From the NCBI GenBank assembly GCA_965231155.1, contig OZ246418.1, forward strand, positions 302,850 to 366,849: a stretch of 64,000 bases of DNA, given 5' to 3'. The stretch comes from an uncultured Candidatus Saccharibacteria bacterium (GTDB lineage Bacteria > Patescibacteriota > Minisyncoccia > UBA6257 > 2-01-FULL-56-20). The stretch's first letter is position 1, and each line of letters opens with the position of its first letter. This document shows positions 36,504 to 46,623 of the stretch, piece after piece. Both the position numbers and the translations under genes were made by a program. The notes below the pieces were generated by a model. The model saw nothing but the letters and a program-made list of their open reading frames with translations, had not been told where the DNA came from and searched no databases.

Positions 36504-37607
36504 ATGACACAACCTTCTTTTTTCTTCCGCGGGTCGGCAATGGTTTTGGCAGCCACTATGGGTGTGGGTATTTTTGCCTTGCCGTATGTAGTTCAGCAGT
36601 CTGGTTGGCTGACCAGTCTCATCTACTTTTGTCTCATGACCCTGGTGATTATTCAGGTGCATTCCTGGTACTGGCGAGTGCTTGAGCGAGCAGAGGGACA
36701 GCGACTTCTTGGTCTTGTGCATCGTTATGGTGGTCGTGTTCTTTTTCTGATCGCCTTTCTTTCTATTGTTCTTGGTCTTCTCTTAGTTTTACTTGCCTAC
36801 ATGGCGATGGCCGGATCATTTTTTTCACTTCTTTTTCCTGCACAGAATCCAGCCATTGGAGTTCTGATTGTTTGGGTTCTTGGATCCCTCCCTCTCTTAA
36901 TGGGAGTCCGTCGGATGATGACCCTTGAGTTTTTTGGCGTGGTGGCGATGCTCGCGATTCTTCTTGGTTTGTTTTGTTTAGCTTTGTTTGAGAGGGGGTC
37001 TTTTCCACTCCTGCCGGCAGTGACGAAAGATTTTCTTCTCCCGTTTGGACCGTTCCTTTTTGCACTTGCTGGCTGGACAGCACTTGAGCCAACCTATGAT
37101 ACCGAGGAGCGAAAGAAGTTGGGCGATGGTTTCCGGGGGGTGGCCTGGGGTACCGTTTTTTCCGTTTTCTTTTACGCCGTTTTCATCGCGTCGATGTTCC
37201 TTCTGGCTACGGAAATTACTCCTGATACCGCTTCAGGATTAGCAGCCTGGCCACTTTGGGAGCGATCACTGCTTAGTTTTTTTGGACTAATTCTCATCGT
37301 GAAATCGTTTGTAATTGTGGCCTGGGAGGTACACACAGCGCTTGATCGAGACCTGAGTCTTGGCCGAGGTTCTTTTTTGATTCCCATGCTTGTTCCCATC
37401 ACCCTTTTCTTTCTCGGCTTCAACAACTTTCTTGTGGCAGTCAGTTTGGCGGGAGGACTTTTTCTTAGCCTTCAGTATCTCTCAATTATTTTCGTAGCCC
37501 ATAGAACTTTGCAGTTTTCAAAGAGAGAAAAATTCTTGACCGGACTCATTTCTTTTGTATTTGCCTTGGCTGCGATTTACGAAGTCTTTGTGTTTCTTCT
37601 GAAATAA
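36504..37607 (+). CDS. Polytopic membrane protein; putative amino-acid transporter
   Basis: ~10 predicted TM helices. The N-terminus resembles amino-acid permease family openings (AATMGVGIFALPYVV). Confidence 0.4.
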   Translation: MTQPSFFFRGSAMVLAATMGVGIFALPYVVQQSGWLTSLIYFCLMTLVIIQVHSWYWRVLERAEGQRLLGLVHRYGGRVLFLIAFLSIVLGLLLVLLAYMAMAGSFFSLLFPAQNPAIGVLIVWVLGSLPLLMGVRRMMTLEFFGVVAMLAILLGLFCLALFERGSFPLLPAVTKDFLLPFGPFLFALAGWTALEPTYDTEERKKLGDGFRGVAWGTVFSVFFYAVFIASMFLLATEITPDTASGLAAWPLWERSLLSFFGLILIVKSFVIVAWEVHTALDRDLSLGRGSFLIPMLVPITLFFLGFNNFLVAVSLAGGLFLSLQYLSIIFVAHRTLQFSKREKFLTGLISFVFALAAIYEVFVFLLK

Positions 37608-37616
37608 TACTCTCGG

Positions 37617-37688
37617 TGCCCTCGGCAGGAATCGAACCTGCACCACCTCCTTCGGAGGGAGATATTCTATCCATTGAACTACGAGGGC
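37617..37688 (-). tRNA. tRNA-Arg (anticodon CCG)
   Basis: Hand-folded cloverleaf: acceptor GCCCTCG/CGAGGGC, anticodon loop CTCCGAA, T-loop GGTTCGATTCC. CCA is not encoded. Confidence 0.8.
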
Positions 37689-37733
37689 TAGTTGTCCTAA
37701 TATACCTGTCTTTTTCAGTTTGCTCAATGAGTA

Positions 37734-37765
37734 ATAAAAAACACCGAGTATTCGGTGTTTTTTGT
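37734..37765. terminator. Bidirectional rho-independent terminator
   Basis: aaaaa-acaccga-gtat-tcggtgt-tttttt between rpsA and tRNA-Arg. Confidence 0.6.
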
Positions 37766-37786
37766 AGGAAGTACTTTTCCTGAGAC

Positions 37787-38911
37787 TTACTTCTTCAGCT
37801 TCAGAGAGATTCTCTTTTCTTCAGTTTTCACTGAGTCGATAATAAACGAGTGCTTCTGATCAAGGACGAGGGCTTTTTTCATTTCATCAACACCACCGAA
37901 CTCAGAAACGTGAATCATTCCCTGGAGTCCGTGGTCGAGATTGATGATGGCACCATACTGGTTGAACTGATAGACCGAACCAGAGACATCCTGACCAGCG
38001 GTGAAAAGTTTTTCGGCATCTTTCCAAGGATCTTCCTGGAGAGCTTTTAAGGAAAGGAAGAGACGATCCTCTTTGATATCGATAATCTTTGCTTCGATAA
38101 CTTCGTTTACCTGGACGATTTCTTTAGGGTTACCAACGATGCGGTGACTGAGCTCGGAGATGTGAATCAAGCCTTCCACTCGTGGGTTGTCGACGAAGCG
38201 GATGAAGACGCCGAAGTTGGCAAGGCTAGTGACGAGCACTTTGACCAACTGGCCAACCTGGTACTGAGAGACCAACTCTTTCATATTTGAAGCCAAGGTT
38301 TCGCGCTCGGAGATGATGAGCTTGCCCAGGCGGGGATTGATATCGATAACCTTAACGCTCAACTCCTGACCAATGAACTTCTTGAGTTCCTCGCCGATCT
38401 TTTGTTTGTCGCCATCTTCTATTTTTGGATAGTTTTCAGCGGAGAGCTGGGAGACTGGCAAAAAGGCCTTGAGATCAAAAAGACTCGCGGTCAGTCCGCC
38501 GGTATTTGAACCATCAATTTTTACTTTGATGACTGCGCCTTCTTCCTGGACTTCTTTAATCTTCTGCCAGAGCTGCTGCTTGCCGGCTTCGGCCAGGGAG
38601 ATTTCGATGTAGCCCTGTTTGTTCTCGAGAGAGAGAATCTTTGCTGGAATTTTGTCTCCTGGCTTGGCTTTCTTGAGGAGTTCTTTGGCGTTACCAATTT
38701 CTCCACCAGAGACGACACCAGTGCCAAAACGACCAAGATCAAAGAATACACCACGAGAGTTCTTGCTGAGGAACTCGGCATCGACGACTTCACCTTCCTT
38801 TATATACTTCACAGCCTGGAGCTGATTTTTGAGGAGTTGTGCCATTGTTGGTGGCTGGCTGGCTTTGGCGTCCTCGGTCGCGGTATTAATCTTTGTTTCT
38901 TCGTTTGACAT
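37787..38911 (-). CDS. rpsA: 30S ribosomal protein S1 (short four-S1-domain form)
   Basis: Repeated S1 domain pattern (GxV.G.V..i..fGaFV.l). 374 aa. Confidence 0.8.
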   Translation of the reverse strand: MSNEETKINTATEDAKASQPPTMAQLLKNQLQAVKYIKEGEVVDAEFLSKNSRGVFFDLGRFGTGVVSGGEIGNAKELLKKAKPGDKIPAKILSLENKQGYIEISLAEAGKQQLWQKIKEVQEEGAVIKVKIDGSNTGGLTASLFDLKAFLPVSQLSAENYPKIEDGDKQKIGEELKKFIGQELSVKVIDINPRLGKLIISERETLASNMKELVSQYQVGQLVKVLVTSLANFGVFIRFVDNPRVEGLIHISELSHRIVGNPKEIVQVNEVIEAKIIDIKEDRLFLSLKALQEDPWKDAEKLFTAGQDVSGSVYQFNQYGAIINLDHGLQGMIHVSEFGGVDEMKKALVLDQKHSFIIDSVKTEEKRISLKLKK

Positions 38912-38973
38912 GTCGTTTTTAGATGGGTTGTAGTATAGGCGAGCCCTCTTGATAAATCAAGGGCTCTCGCTTT

Positions 38974-39594
38974 TTGTTATTCCTTGATTTGTTGAAAATG
39001 GAGTTGGTTTTGAGTATACTGATGGGCGTGATAATTACCTATTTCGGTGAACAGTGCTTCCGCGTGGAAAGTGGGAGTACTAGTATTTTAGTTGATCCAA
39101 CGAGTAATCGTCTGAAGGCGGATATTACCCTGCGTACTTCCGCAGCTCCTGATGTGTTGCCGGCCGAGCAGACCGATATTGTCTTTCCAGGTGAGTATGA
39201 GATCGGAGGAATCGAAATTCGAGGATTTCAGGTGGCCGGGGAATCAGACGCCAAAATCCTTCGTACGATATACGAAATAATTTGGGAGGGGATTCGTTTG
39301 GTATTTCCAGGTGCGCTTAAGGAGGCGATACCAGCCGAGATTATTGATCAGTTTGGCGAAACAGATGTGTTGTTTGTACCGACCGGTGGTGAGTATCTTT
39401 CTCCAGAAGCCGCAGTTTCTTTGGTCAAGAAAATCGACCCCAAGTTTATTATTCCTTTTGGCGCGAAGGCCGGAGGTGAGTTTTTGAAAAAAATTGGACA
39501 GTCAGCAGAAACTCAGGAGAAATTAGTGTTCAAGAAAAAAGAGTTGGAGGAGATTGAGCAAAAAGTAGTACTTCTTTCCTCATATGGCGGATAG
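38974..39594 (+). CDS. Hypothetical protein; possible degenerate MBL-fold hydrolase
   Basis: ITYFGEQCFRVESGSTSILVDP resembles the first beta-strands of MBL-fold proteins, but no HxHxDH motif is present. Confidence 0.3.
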   Translation: MLFLDLLKMELVLSILMGVIITYFGEQCFRVESGSTSILVDPTSNRLKADITLRTSAAPDVLPAEQTDIVFPGEYEIGGIEIRGFQVAGESDAKILRTIYEIIWEGIRLVFPGALKEAIPAEIIDQFGETDVLFVPTGGEYLSPEAAVSLVKKIDPKFIIPFGAKAGGEFLKKIGQSAETQEKLVFKKKELEEIEQKVVLLSSYGG

Positions 39595-39910
39595 CACACT
39601 TTTTAGTGGACAACAGTTTTTGAATAATTTGCAGGCTGCCGATCATCGTCGGAAACAGCGTTTTGTTGTCTTCGCGAGCATGTTTTTTGTGACACTCGTG
39701 ATTTTTGTCTGGTTTTCTTCCCCGTTTTTTTTCAAGAATGGTATGGCGCGAGTCGAGGGCATGGTGGAGCCTGATTTCTCACTCTGGCAAACAGTAAAAA
39801 GTGGGAGTATGCTGATGACTCAGAATCTAACCGAACAGGTTCGTTCGATTAAAAATCCTTTTGCGGTAGCCGAGAAGAACTATATTATTACGCCTTCAGC
39901 AACACAGTAA
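39584..39910 (+). CDS. Small membrane protein, hypothetical
   Basis: Single TM helix (VVFASMFFVTLVIFVWF). Overlaps the previous gene by 11 nt. Confidence 0.3.
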   Translation: MADSTLFSGQQFLNNLQAADHRRKQRFVVFASMFFVTLVIFVWFSSPFFFKNGMARVEGMVEPDFSLWQTVKSGSMLMTQNLTEQVRSIKNPFAVAEKNYIITPSATQ

Positions 39911-39916
39911 TTTATT

Positions 39917-42364
39917 ATGTCTAAGATAGAAAAAAGAGAAATAACTGGAGAGCTCCAAGATTCCTATTTGGAGTACGCCATGTCCGTCATCATTACGCGC
40001 GCTTTGCCGGACGTGCGAGACGGTATGAAGCCAGTGCATCGTCGTATTCTTTGGGATATGTGGGATAGTGGTTTGACCTATCAGGCGAAGACTCGAAAAT
40101 CTGCGAACGTGGTTGGTCAGGTATTAGGCCGGTACCATCCTCATGGCGACTCTTCTGTCTATGACGCCATGGTTCGTATGGCTCAGGATTTTTCTTTGCG
40201 CTATCCGTTAGTCTTGGGACAGGGAAACTTTGGTTCGATTGATGGTGATGGTCCCGCTGCCTATCGTTATACCGAAGCTAAACTGGCGAAGATTTCTTCC
40301 GAGGTACTGCTTGATATCGACAAGGAAACTGTAGACTGGCGTCCAAACTATGATGGCACCCGAGAGGAGCCAAGTGTTTTGCCAGCCAAACTACCAAACC
40401 TTCTCTTGAATGGTACGGTTGGTATTGCTGTTGGTATGGCGACGAATATTCCACCGCACAATCTTTCCGAAGTGTGCGATGCGACGTTACATTTAATCGA
40501 CGATCCGGATTCAACTGGGGAGGATCTTTTGCAGTTTGTTCAGGGACCAGACTTTCCAACTGGGGGAATTATTTTTGATAAAAAAGCTATTCGAGAAGCC
40601 TATCTTACCGGCAAGGGGAAGATTACCACTCGTGCCAAGGCGGAGATTGAGGAACGAAAAGGGAAGGGTTTTGATATTATAATTACCGAAATTCCGTATC
40701 AGGTGAACAAGTCTGACTTAGTGCAGAAGATGGCCGCTTTGGTGACGGATAAAAAGATCGAGGGTGTTCGTGATTTGCGTGATGAGTCAGACAAGGAAGG
40801 TTTGCGTATTGTAGTAGAGCTGAAGAATGATGCACCACCACAGAAGATTTTAAACCAGCTGTACTTACATACCGATCTGCAGAAGGATTTTCACTTGAAT
40901 ATGATTGCTCTGGCCAAGGGGATTGAGCCACGACTTTTTTCGCTCAAAGAAATTTTAGAGGCGTATCTTGAACACCGTAAAGAAGTTGTTCGTCGCCGGA
41001 CGATGTTTGATCTGAAGAAGGCCGAAGAGCGAGCGCACATTCTTGAGGGCTTAGCTCTGGCGCTTGGTTCTATCGACAAGGTCATCGCCATTATTAAGAA
41101 ATCTAAGGACAAGGAAGAGGCTCACCAGAACTTGCGTAAGACATTCAAGTTCAGCGATCTTCAGGCCAGCGCAATTTTAGAAATGCGTCTGCACGCTTTG
41201 GCTCGTTTGGAAAAAGAAAAGATTGATGCCGAACTCAAGGAGAAGCTGGCGCTGATTAAAGAACTAAATCTTATTCTGAAGAGCCCTGCGAGAATTTTAA
41301 AGATTATCAAAGACGAGTTGATAGAGTTGAAAGCCAAATATGGAGATGCGCGTCGCACCAAGGTGGTTGCTGGAGGATTATCTGCCTTCAACGAAGAGGA
41401 TCTGATTCCTGAGGAGCAGACAATCATCACTCTTTCTGCTGGTGGGTATATCAAGCGAGTAACCCCTGACACCTTCAAGGTGCAGCGACGCGGTGGAAAA
41501 GGTTTGATTGGTTCTGATGTGGCGGATGAGGACTTCCTTTCTCACTTTGTAACTGCCAGTACTCATGATTCTATTCTTTTCTTCACCGATCGCGGACGTG
41601 TGTTCCAGACTAAGGTCTATGAAATTCCTGTGGGCAGTCGTATTGCCAAGGGCCGCGCGATCCATAATTTCTTAGAACTTTCCTCCGAGGAGAAGGTCAG
41701 CGCTATTGTTACCTATAAGGAAGGCAGTGCTAAAGAAACAGCTGATAATCCAAAGCACTTGGTGATGACTACGAAAAACGGTTTGATTAAGCGCACGCCA
41801 CTTGAGGACTTTAAGAATATTCGTCGAACTGGCATTATCGCTATTTCGTTACAGAAAGGTGATGCCCTTCGTTGGGTTCGTCCTTCGCTTGGTAGTGATG
41901 AGATTATCATGGTCACCAAACAGGGTCAGTCGATTCGCTTCAAGGAGAATCAGGTTCGTTCTATGGGACGCACGGCGGCCGGTGTTCGTGGCATTCGTTT
42001 GAAGAGTAAGGATGAAGTGGTCGGTTTTGATATTATTGCTGCACTGAACAAAGGAAAAGCAGAAGAAGTGAACTTCTTGGTAGTTATGGAGCATGGTTTT
42101 GCCAAGCAGACGCCACTCTCCGACTACCGCCTTCAGAATCGTGGTGGGGGAGGTATTCGAACGGCGAAGATTACACCAAAGACGGGTGCTTTGGTTGCTG
42201 GGCAAATTATCTCTGAAGCAACTGAACTCCTCGCACTTTCTGAAAAAGGACAGATTATCCGAACCTTGCTTGAGAGTATTCGAACAGCTAGCCGTGGGAC
42301 TCAGGGAGTCCGCATTATGAGTGTGGCTGATAAGGACAGAGTGGCTGGTATTGTACTTATTTAA
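39917..42364 (+). CDS. gyrA: DNA gyrase subunit A
   Basis: [26 protein letters not shown] with the active-site Tyr region. C-terminal beta-pinwheel repeats. 815 aa. Confidence 0.95.
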   Translation: MSKIEKREITGELQDSYLEYAMSVIITRALPDVRDGMKPVHRRILWDMWDSGLTYQAKTRKSANVVGQVLGRYHPHGDSSVYDAMVRMAQDFSLRYPLVLGQGNFGSIDGDGPAAYRYTEAKLAKISSEVLLDIDKETVDWRPNYDGTREEPSVLPAKLPNLLLNGTVGIAVGMATNIPPHNLSEVCDATLHLIDDPDSTGEDLLQFVQGPDFPTGGIIFDKKAIREAYLTGKGKITTRAKAEIEERKGKGFDIIITEIPYQVNKSDLVQKMAALVTDKKIEGVRDLRDESDKEGLRIVVELKNDAPPQKILNQLYLHTDLQKDFHLNMIALAKGIEPRLFSLKEILEAYLEHRKEVVRRRTMFDLKKAEERAHILEGLALALGSIDKVIAIIKKSKDKEEAHQNLRKTFKFSDLQASAILEMRLHALARLEKEKIDAELKEKLALIKELNLILKSPARILKIIKDELIELKAKYGDARRTKVVAGGLSAFNEEDLIPEEQTIITLSAGGYIKRVTPDTFKVQRRGGKGLIGSDVADEDFLSHFVTASTHDSILFFTDRGRVFQTKVYEIPVGSRIAKGRAIHNFLELSSEEKVSAIVTYKEGSAKETADNPKHLVMTTKNGLIKRTPLEDFKNIRRTGIIAISLQKGDALRWVRPSLGSDEIIMVTKQGQSIRFKENQVRSMGRTAAGVRGIRLKSKDEVVGFDIIAALNKGKAEEVNFLVVMEHGFAKQTPLSDYRLQNRGGGGIRTAKITPKTGALVAGQIISEATELLALSEKGQIIRTLLESIRTASRGTQGVRIMSVADKDRVAGIVLI

Positions 42365-42434
42365 GTCAGTATTCTAGAGATCAACTGCGTGAACTAGAGA
42401 CACCTTTTTCAAGGGCTGGTATACTTAATGACAT

Positions 42435-43721
42435 ATGCAATTTTCTAAAAGACAGATCTTTTTAGTTATCTCTCTGATCGCGGGTATTGGAATAACAATT
42501 TTTCTTTTGTATTCCAGCATAAAAACTGAGGATACTGGCCCTGGTTCTATTAACGCAGCGAAAAGGACAAATAAGTTGGTGGTGTGGGGAGTGGATGATT
42601 CGAGCGCTTTCGCCACGATTAAAAAGAATTTTGAAGCTACCTATAAAGACGCGTCTGTAAATTATGTGCAACTTGATGAGGCGGTTATTCAGAGTCAGTT
42701 AGTGCAGGCACTGGCCAACAATCAAGGTCCGGATGTAATTATGATTAAAAACCGGACGCTGGCGAGACAGAAAAACTTTTTAGCACCAGCACCGGCCACG
42801 AAGATGAGCCTATCTCGATTCCGAGGTCTTTTTCCTACCGTAGCCGAACAGGATTTCACCGATTCAGGTCGTCAGATTTATGCTCTGCCTTTGTCTATTG
42901 ATACCCTGGCCTTAATTTACAACAAAGATTTTTTTGATCAGGCGAGAATTATTCAGCCTCCAGCGACGTGGACGGAGTTGGCGGATATCGTTCCTCAGTT
43001 GGTAAAACCGGGGAAGGGAGGACAGTTTGATCGATCAGCCGTTGCTCTTGGTGGTTCGAATAAGTCGATGACGAATGCCGGTGATGTCCTGACACTTCTT
43101 TTCATGCAGAGCGGCGCACGACTTGCTTCGGGTGAATTGGGAGTTGATGGACCTGGTCGTAAGGCTCTCAATTTCTATCTTCAGTTCTCTAATCCTCGAT
43201 CGTTGGCCTATACCTGGAATGATCTCCAGTCTAATGATCTTCAGAGTTTCGCTAACCTTCGAGCTGCTATGGTTATTGCGTACAAGAGACAGATCCCTTT
43301 TATCACCAATCAGAATAGTTTTGTGAACTATGGGATCGCATCAGTTCCTCAGTTGAGTACAGACAGAGTTGATTATGCAAATAGTTGGGGGCTGGCCGTT
43401 ACTCGAAATAGTCGCTTTTCGGCGAGAGCTTGGGATTTTGTAGTCTATGCAACAACGGTACAGCAGAATGCTCAGGCGTATAGCCAGGCGACAAAACTTC
43501 CTCCAGCGCTTCGAGAGCTTTTGGCCACCAACTATAACGATCCTGAACTTGGTGTGTTTGCTCAGCAGGCCCTCACCGCTCGTTCTTGGAACTCTCCCGA
43601 CGAAAAGCAAACGAGAGATATCTTCTCCGGCATGGTTGATTCTTATCTGACTGGACAGATGGATCAGGAGTCAGCGCTTGGTCGAGCACAAAATATACTG
43701 TCTCAAATATTTAGAAAATAA
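42435..43721 (+). CDS. ABC transporter substrate-binding protein (family 1, sugar-type)
   Basis: N-terminal TM/signal anchor, then KLVVWGVDDS...YVQLDEAVIQSQL, typical of extracellular solute-binding proteins. Confidence 0.75.
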   Translation: MQFSKRQIFLVISLIAGIGITIFLLYSSIKTEDTGPGSINAAKRTNKLVVWGVDDSSAFATIKKNFEATYKDASVNYVQLDEAVIQSQLVQALANNQGPDVIMIKNRTLARQKNFLAPAPATKMSLSRFRGLFPTVAEQDFTDSGRQIYALPLSIDTLALIYNKDFFDQARIIQPPATWTELADIVPQLVKPGKGGQFDRSAVALGGSNKSMTNAGDVLTLLFMQSGARLASGELGVDGPGRKALNFYLQFSNPRSLAYTWNDLQSNDLQSFANLRAAMVIAYKRQIPFITNQNSFVNYGIASVPQLSTDRVDYANSWGLAVTRNSRFSARAWDFVVYATTVQQNAQAYSQATKLPPALRELLATNYNDPELGVFAQQALTARSWNSPDEKQTRDIFSGMVDSYLTGQMDQESALGRAQNILSQIFRK

Positions 43722-43725
43722 GACT

Positions 43726-44238
43726 ATGTTCTTGAAGCCATACTTTCTTTTTGTCGGAGTTCTCTTGGTTTTTGTTCTAACTCTTTCCATTCCTCAGGCG
43801 GCGCTTGCTGCAGGCGCGAATCAGTGCAAAGTAGAAACTCCCCAGTTCTTACCAGGCGGATACTGGGGTCAGAATCCGCCACTCCTTCCTTGTGGAATAG
43901 GTCCGATTGAAACACGAGTGGATTGTTTGGAGTGTGGCCTTTGTGGTCTTCTGATGCTGGGGCAGCGAATAATCTACCTCATGTTGAGCTTTCTTTTCTT
44001 CGTGGTGGCACCTATTCGATTTATTTGGGGAGGGTTTCTTATTCTTGTCTCTCGTGGATCAAGCGAAACCGTCGCGCAGGGGAGAAAGATGATATATTAC
44101 ACCGTGATCGGCCTAATGATTGGTCTGGGAGCGTTTCTCATCGTCCAGACATTTCTCTGGCTTCTTGGTAATCTGGGTGGCGATCAGATCGGCTGGCCCG
44201 ATATAAAATGTCAACGGAACATTCGCCCATTGAGTTGA
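43726..44238 (+). CDS. Pilin-like paralog 1 (VirB2/TrbC-like T4SS pilin candidate)
   Basis: Signal peptide, Cys-rich N-terminal region, and a C-terminal two-helix module (LLMLGQRIIYLMLSFLFFVV...SRGSSETVAQGRKMIYYTVIGLMIGLGAFLIV) with the same pattern as paralogs 2-8. Start set at the internal Met (MFLKPYF). Confidence 0.6.
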   Translation: MFLKPYFLFVGVLLVFVLTLSIPQAALAAGANQCKVETPQFLPGGYWGQNPPLLPCGIGPIETRVDCLECGLCGLLMLGQRIIYLMLSFLFFVVAPIRFIWGGFLILVSRGSSETVAQGRKMIYYTVIGLMIGLGAFLIVQTFLWLLGNLGGDQIGWPDIKCQRNIRPLS

Positions 44239-44272
44239 GGGTGTTTTATTCTCTGAAAATTGATTACAATGT

Positions 44273-44677
44273 GTGCATAAAGAAAATATGAAAAGTTTAC
44301 TGCCTGGAGCCGGATTAGTTTTTCTTCTGATAGTAGTCGCAATGCCACTGCACGTTCTTGGAGTGGGACCAGGAGATCCCGGCGATGGCACGATTAGTCT
44401 CGCCGATCCCTTTAACTGTAGTACTGCTACTTCTGATGCCCCTTGCTTGATTCAGGTTCTAGGAGGAATCATCGGTCGCTTCAGTCAGATCGTGGTGCCT
44501 GTTCTTGTGGCAATGATTTTGTACGGAGGATTTCAGATGATGGCTGCCCGGGGCAGTACTGAGAAGTATGGTGCAGGAAAGAAGACTATCACTTACGCCG
44601 TCATTGGTTTTGCGGTCATCCTGGTCTCTCAGGGGATTGGATATATCTTGATTGATCTCCTTACGAGGCGAGCCTGA
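44273..44677 (+). CDS. Pilin-like paralog 2
   Basis: Signal peptide. C-terminal module VLGGIIGRFSQIVVPVLVAMILYGGFQMMAARGSTEKYGAGKKTITYAVIGFAVILV. Confidence 0.6.
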   Translation: MHKENMKSLLPGAGLVFLLIVVAMPLHVLGVGPGDPGDGTISLADPFNCSTATSDAPCLIQVLGGIIGRFSQIVVPVLVAMILYGGFQMMAARGSTEKYGAGKKTITYAVIGFAVILVSQGIGYILIDLLTRRA

Positions 44678-44760
44678 GGATTTTTGATTTTGCTTCTTGA
44701 TATGCTATACTCTTTAAACATATAAAAGGTCGGTATTTCCTTATATTATTTTCAATTGTA

Positions 44761-45144
44761 ATGACAAAGAACTTTAAAATTACCTTAGGAGCAGCTTCGA
44801 CAGCTTTGGTGTCTTTGGTGCCAATGGCTACTTCGTTTGCCTTCGTGACCGCTACTTTGCCAACGTTTACTCAGGTTGAGGCGCCAAAGGGTGGTAACGA
44901 GATTACTTCCTTCAATGGCATCTTGGCTATCTTAGTAACCATTTTGGGTTACGTCCAAGCTTTGTTCTGGATTGCCGCTGTGTTTACTGGTCTCTATGCC
45001 GCTTTCATGTACCTCACTGCTGGTGGTGAAGGAGAAAAAATCTCCAAAGCTAACCAGATGTTGATCTACACTGTTGTCGCGGTTATCGTGGCTGTTATCG
45101 CTTACTCGATCCCGGCGTTCGTGAAGACGACTATCCAGTCATAG
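44761..45144 (+). CDS. Pilin-like paralog 3
   Basis: C-terminal module YVQALFWIAAVFTGLYAAFMYLTAGGEGEKISKANQMLIYTVVAVIVAVIAYSIP. Confidence 0.6.
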   Translation: MTKNFKITLGAASTALVSLVPMATSFAFVTATLPTFTQVEAPKGGNEITSFNGILAILVTILGYVQALFWIAAVFTGLYAAFMYLTAGGEGEKISKANQMLIYTVVAVIVAVIAYSIPAFVKTTIQS

Positions 45145-45166
45145 TATCTTTAGAGATTATCTCTAC

Positions 45167-45195
45167 AAAAAAGACCCTTTTTGGGTCTTTTTTGT
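45167..45195 (+). terminator. Rho-independent terminator after pilin paralog 3
   Basis: aaaaaagaccc-ttttt-gggtct-tttttg. Confidence 0.6.
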
Positions 45196-45317
45196 TTCCA
45201 CTTTTTGATTCACAACGAAGCTCCTAACTGGCCTCCCATTATGCCTCTTGGATATGGGAGGGCAGTTAGGAGCGAGTCACTTGTTGCTTTTTTTGTCTTA
45301 CGGTAGAATAAATACTA

Positions 45318-45665
45318 ATGAGAACTTATGCGTCTATTCTGTTTTTCATAATTCTTGGTGCGCCGTTAGTTTCTTTTGCAGTTGCAGTACCCACTTGTGG
45401 TCCTAGTACTTCTCCTCTCTGCAATGTGGATGATGTCATTAGCTTAATTACCGCATTGGTGAATTATATGCAGGTCGTGTTTTGGATTTTGGCGGCAGCC
45501 TCAGGGCTCTATGCAGGGATACTGTATCTTCGGAGTGGTGGTAAGCCAGAAATGTTAAAGAGTGCCGAGAAACAACTTATCTATACAGTAGTGGCGGTCG
45601 CTGTAGCCGTCATGGCATACGGCATTCCTAAGCTTGTCGATAGTTTCTTACGTCTTCGCGCTTAG
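45318..45665 (+). CDS. Pilin-like paralog 4
   Basis: C-terminal module YMQVVFWILAAASGLYAGILYLRSGGKPEMLKSAEKQLIYTVVAVAVAVMAYGIP. Confidence 0.6.
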   Translation: MRTYASILFFIILGAPLVSFAVAVPTCGPSTSPLCNVDDVISLITALVNYMQVVFWILAAASGLYAGILYLRSGGKPEMLKSAEKQLIYTVVAVAVAVMAYGIPKLVDSFLRLRA

Positions 45666-45677
45666 CTTGATCTTTTT

Positions 45678-46229
45678 ATGAACCTACAAGAGGTCATCCA
45701 GGTAAAGAAAGTGTCCTCGGTAGTATCTTTCCCGATTGTTTTTTCTTTCATTTTTTTTATAATCTTTTCTTCCGGAGCTTTTCCAGTTGCCAGAGCAGAC
45801 TATCGTTGCGAAATTGCCGGTCCAAGCTTTGGCAATGTGTATGGGAGTGCAATTGATTGCTCAACGAGCTGTGGTGGTGTATGTGCGTCAGTTCCTGGTG
45901 GGGGAGGATCTTCGGGTGGTTCCGGGTTCACTCCGAGATATCCAACCTCTCGGTTGCCAGAAGGTGGTAATGCACCCGTAACAAATGCCGGACAAGTTTT
46001 GGATGTCGTAGTAAATATGTTGAACTTTGCGCAGGCCGTGTTTTGGGTGATGGCCGCCGGCTTTGGTCTCTATGGCGCCTACCTCTATCTTTTCTCGCAG
46101 GGAAACAAGGAGAGTGTTACTCAGGCCAAGAATATGATGGTGTATACTGTAGTAGCAGTGATGATTGCCATAATTTCGTACGGTATCCCTGCAATTATTA
46201 ATAATTTTGTGGCAATTAGTACTTCTTAA
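45678..46229 (+). CDS. Pilin-like paralog 5
   Basis: Cys-rich N-terminal region (ADYRCEIAG...CSTSCGGVCAS) plus C-terminal module FAQAVFWVMAAGFGLYGAYLYLFSQGNKESVTQAKNMMVYTVVAVMIAIISYGIP. Confidence 0.6.
   Translation: MNLQEVIQVKKVSSVVSFPIVFSFIFFIIFSSGAFPVARADYRCEIAGPSFGNVYGSAIDCSTSCGGVCASVPGGGGSSGGSGFTPRYPTSRLPEGGNAPVTNAGQVLDVVVNMLNFAQAVFWVMAAGFGLYGAYLYLFSQGNKESVTQAKNMMVYTVVAVMIAIISYGIPAIINNFVAISTS
46053..46136 (+). repeat. 84-bp identical tract, copy 1 (inside pilin paralog 5)
   Basis: Identical to 46444..46527 by direct comparison; encodes AAGFGLYGAYLYLFSQGNKESVTQAKNM. Confidence 0.85.
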
Positions 46230-46230
46230 T

Positions 46231-46620
46231 ATGAAAAATTATTATAAATTAGTCGGTTTCTTGGGAGGAGTTGTTTCTTTGGGTGGTGTTTTCGTGAGTG
46301 CCACAACGGTTCAAGCAGTTTGGAATCAGTATCCAACGTTTAGCGATCCACCGAGAGGGAATGCGCCGATTACCAGCGTCAATGATTCTTTGAATATTAT
46401 TGTGAATATTATCGACTTTGCGCAGGTTGCGTTTTTCATTCTCGCCGCCGGCTTTGGTCTCTATGGCGCCTACCTCTATCTTTTCTCGCAGGGAAACAAG
46501 GAGAGTGTTACTCAGGCCAAGAATATGTTTATTTATATGGCCGTTGCCATCTTTGTGGCTATTATTGCCTATGGAATCCCTTCTATCGTTGTAAACTTTG
46601 TAGACATAAGTATTTCTTAA
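46231..46620 (+). CDS. Pilin-like paralog 6
   Basis: The track ORF starts at 46207 and overlaps paralog 5, so the start is taken at MKNYYKLV just after that gene's stop. The C-terminal module is nearly identical to paralog 5. Confidence 0.55.
   Translation: MKNYYKLVGFLGGVVSLGGVFVSATTVQAVWNQYPTFSDPPRGNAPITSVNDSLNIIVNIIDFAQVAFFILAAGFGLYGAYLYLFSQGNKESVTQAKNMFIYMAVAIFVAIIAYGIPSIVVNFVDISIS
46444..46527 (+). repeat. 84-bp identical tract, copy 2 (inside pilin paralog 6)
   Basis: Identical to 46053..46136. Confidence 0.85.
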
Positions 46621-46623
46621 ATC

